A stretch of DNA of 64,000 bases, from assembly GCA_963793615.1 (NCBI GenBank), contig CAWCAN010000006.1:3499-67498 (forward strand), in the 5' to 3' direction. Below the pieces are notes generated by a model. That model was not told the DNA's origin. It saw nothing but the letters and a program-made list of their open reading frames with translations, and ran no database searches. The position numbers and the translations under genes were made by a program. Position 1 is the stretch's first letter; each line of letters starts with the position of its first letter. Positions 61,556 to 64,000 of this stretch are shown in pieces. The stretch comes from an uncultured Chloroflexia bacterium (GTDB taxonomy: Bacteria > Chloroflexota > Anaerolineae > Anaerolineales > Anaerolineaceae).

Positions 61556-63663
61556 TTATCTTAAACAGTGAATAATTATTTGGTAGTGTAAATGGAGAAC
61601 TCCCGTACCGTTAATTGCAATTAGTTGAGTGCCAGATTGATCGAAATATAAATATTTTGCGTTAATTGGAAGCTGAGTTAGCAACTTGCCACTAGTGGAT
61701 TCAAAATACATCACCACCAACCAAGAAAATGTCCCCCATTGTATTGAATACCAAGGGAGAAGTAGTATTTTCAGAAATAAAGTTATAAGAGGTAGTCATA
61801 GTTGTAACATCCCATACCCAACCTGCTCCAGAAGCCAGCTTCTGACTATCAGGACTGAAGGATAAACTTCCACATACTTCTTCAGAATTCGCAGAAAGAA
61901 TACCTTTATAACTTCCCCCCTTCCTTCTAAACAGAAATATGCTGGGAGAACCCATCGAGCAATAGGCAACATATAGATCATCCGGGCTGATCGTATAATA
62001 AAAGGATGTTTCATTACTTGCAGTTTTTATATCCATTAACCATTCACCTGTTACCGTATCAATGAAGCGCATCGATTTTTCTTTACACACCATTGTGTGA
62101 CCGTTCGAAGAAAATTCACAAGTAGAATTAATATAAGGTGCAATGTAAGTTTTTTCTCCTGTTTGTAAATCCCAGAATTCTACAAATTCGCCAGCAGGAT
62201 TTCGATAAAATAAGGCAAGCCTTTCATTATCAATAAAGCGAACCTCAAGGAACAGAGTGTTCATTGAAGGAAATAATTCTTGAATAAATTCACCTTTGGA
62301 AGTAAAGATTTGGGCTGAAGTGAAGTAGGAATACGCTATTTGTTTACCATCCGGACTTATCTGCGGTTCGCTATTCACATCGTAAAGTGAAATTTCCTGC
62401 AATAGAATTCCTGATTTGGTATCCCATAAGCTTAAGTTTCCATCAAGTGTTGAAAGAATAAATTTTGAGCCATCAGGATTGAAGGAAAATCGGGAAATTA
62501 AAAGGTGGTAAGTCTAATACTGAATGGATTACCTGATCACTATTTGTGTCAAATATTAACATCTGGCTTTTCGTGTAATGTTGTTCTTTCGTTTTATAAT
62601 TTGTGTAAACACCTCCATATACAACTCCAACTTGATAACCTTCGAGATCTTTATTATTCCAGAAATTTGGTTTGGCATTTGAATAATATACTTGTCCACC
62701 ATCATCAGTTGTATTCGAATAAACGGTTGATAAATCAGAAAGTAAATTGCCAGTTGATACTGCAAAAGTAGATATTTTTTTGTTATCTGTTAATAGCATA
62801 CGTTGTCCATCCACAGAGAACTTTGGAATTCCATAACCTTCAAACTCGAAAACTTTATCTCCCCGTTTTAGCTCCACACCTACGAACATTGGATTATCGG
62901 GATTTCCTGAATCTATTTACATTTGAAATGATTAATGAACAATCATTATTAATGGACAAGCTATAAAAAGAGAATTTTTCTTGACTAGTTAGTTGAAAGT
63001 TATATTTTCTTATTTCCTTAGTTATCAAATTGAGTGTATAAAAACCATACTCATCAATAGAAATCGCGAGTATTTGTCCATCTAGACTTAAATCATATAA
63101 TTTTTCATTATTCAGTTCTTCTTGTAATTCAACATCAATCTGTTCAATTTTTTCATCATCTATGTTAAGAATAACAGGTAGCTTGTCGCGAAGACCAAAT
63201 ATGCGACCGTCATTAATAAAGTGTTTGGCAGTGACGCCAGAATAACTTGAAACTATTTTTAACCGAATCAGGATCAATCACATCCAATCGATCTGATGTT
63301 TGAGCAATTAGCTTTTTTCCATCAGGAGACCAAATTAATTCTGTCACATAACCGCGTGTGTTTAACGAAAAAGATTTCTTTTACAATTATATTTTGAACA
63401 TTAGTGGAATCAATGATTTGAGGTTCAGAATTTATAGTAGGCGTAATAGTTTGGGAAGGAATGATTGGAGTGGTAGGAGTTATTGTAGGTGTTGATTGAA
63501 CTAAAGTGATTGGCGACACACTAGGTTGCACAGTACTAGAAAGCTCAGTTGGTTTTGTTTCATTCGATTTATTCGAATAACAACTTGATAATAGCAGACA
63601 AAGGCAGATCAGTTGAAATTGATAACCAAACCGAATATTTGCTATCCTCTTTTGGCAACGCAT
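61556..63663 (-). CDS. PD40/WD40-like beta-propeller lipoprotein in an AT-rich segment (at least 5 frame breaks)
   Basis: ORF 63322..63663 gives the lipobox signal (LLLSSC) and a Thr/Pro linker. ORFs 62894..63277, 62473..62889 and 61701..62402, plus a shifted tail to 61556, carry repeated SPDGK/SVDGQ/SLDGQ blade motifs. Confidence 0.5.
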
Positions 63664-63797
63664 AATTAATTATATCCAGGTATTTTGTAAAAGCTATTTT
63701 TAAACATTATTACGTCACAAGTATTTTTATATTCCGAAATATATTTGTTGAAAAGCCAAAAATGAAAGGCTATAATACGGTACAGGAGGAATATTTC

Positions 63798-64000
63798 ATG
63801 AAAGCAGCCTTCCAACTTACCCGTATCCTTATCGCCAGTCTCATCATCCTGGCGCTGACCGCCTGCAATTTACCCCAATTCGTGGCTGACCAGGTACCCA
63901 CCATCGAAAGACCCAGTGATACCCCCAACGCCACATTGACCGAGATTTTTGCCATCGTGGGGACCCTGACAGCGGTGCCGACCATGACCCTCGTTCCTCC
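63798..64000 (+). CDS. hypothetical lipoprotein, 5' part only (runs off the window)
   Basis: AGGAGG lies 8 nt before the ATG at 63798. MKAAFQLTRILIASLIILALTAC is a lipobox. The frame is open to the window end and is not in the ORF track because it has no stop. Confidence 0.5.
   Translation, partial: MKAAFQLTRILIASLIILALTACNLPQFVADQVPTIERPSDTPNATLTEIFAIVGTLTAVPTMTLVP

Noticed and set aside
63770-63985. 71-aa minus-strand ORF at the window end
   Set aside because: The plus strand has an AGGAGG RBS, an ATG at 63798 and a textbook lipoprotein signal in an open frame, so the minus-strand ORF is most likely spurious.

Overview
The window looks like a join of two unrelated genomic segments, and conserved genes on both sides carry many single-base frame breaks. 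All calls come from reading the sequence and the ORF track; no searches were run.

**Segment A (1 to ~9.05 kb).** This part is very GC-rich, roughly two-thirds G+C by eye. It carries housekeeping genes:
- an alpha/beta hydrolase
- suhB-like IMPase
- PaaI thioesterase
- a GAF histidine kinase
- a prepilin-type protein
- panB
- a GT1 glycosyltransferase
- dapA and pdxJ

**Segment B (~9.1 to 64 kb).** This part is a little under half G+C by eye and has different codon usage. It may be Chloroflexota/Anaerolineae-like, but that guess is low confidence. It contains, in order:
- a Tad/Flp-type pilus module (REC-TadZ/CpaE, TadB, TadC, a TPR-LysM protein, CpaF)
- rpsT, argS, a COG2403 GTPase, obg, nadD and an MFS transporter
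- an ECF sigma / anti-sigma / beta-helix membrane protein / toastrack module
- a Ser/Thr kinase, an EamA transporter and a 920-aa M23 peptidase
- a tightly coupled minus-strand operon: XRE-cupin regulator, AOR, hydantoinase/dihydropyrimidinase, polyferredoxin, AOR and a MoaD-like protein. It faces a YgeW-type carbamoyltransferase and an LLM oxidoreductase.
- two families of palindromic repeats around a deoxynucleoside kinase, a transglutaminase-like gene and a DUF559 endonuclease
- msrA, nrdR-nrdJ, a PpiC lipoprotein, DUF711, a TrmH methyltransferase and a macro-domain protein
- infC-rpmI-rplT
- a GT-C/GT2 glycosylation pair
- a tRNA-Val, T-box leader and thrS unit
- tRNA-Ser followed by an AT-rich islet encoding a PD40/WD40-like lipoprotein

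**Best candidate for an undescribed system.** The double-AOR / hydantoinase / YgeW cluster at 31.2-40.3 kb is the strongest lead. I propose it as an anaerobic, pterin-enzyme-dependent route for degrading a cyclic amide or N-heterocycle. That function is inference only.
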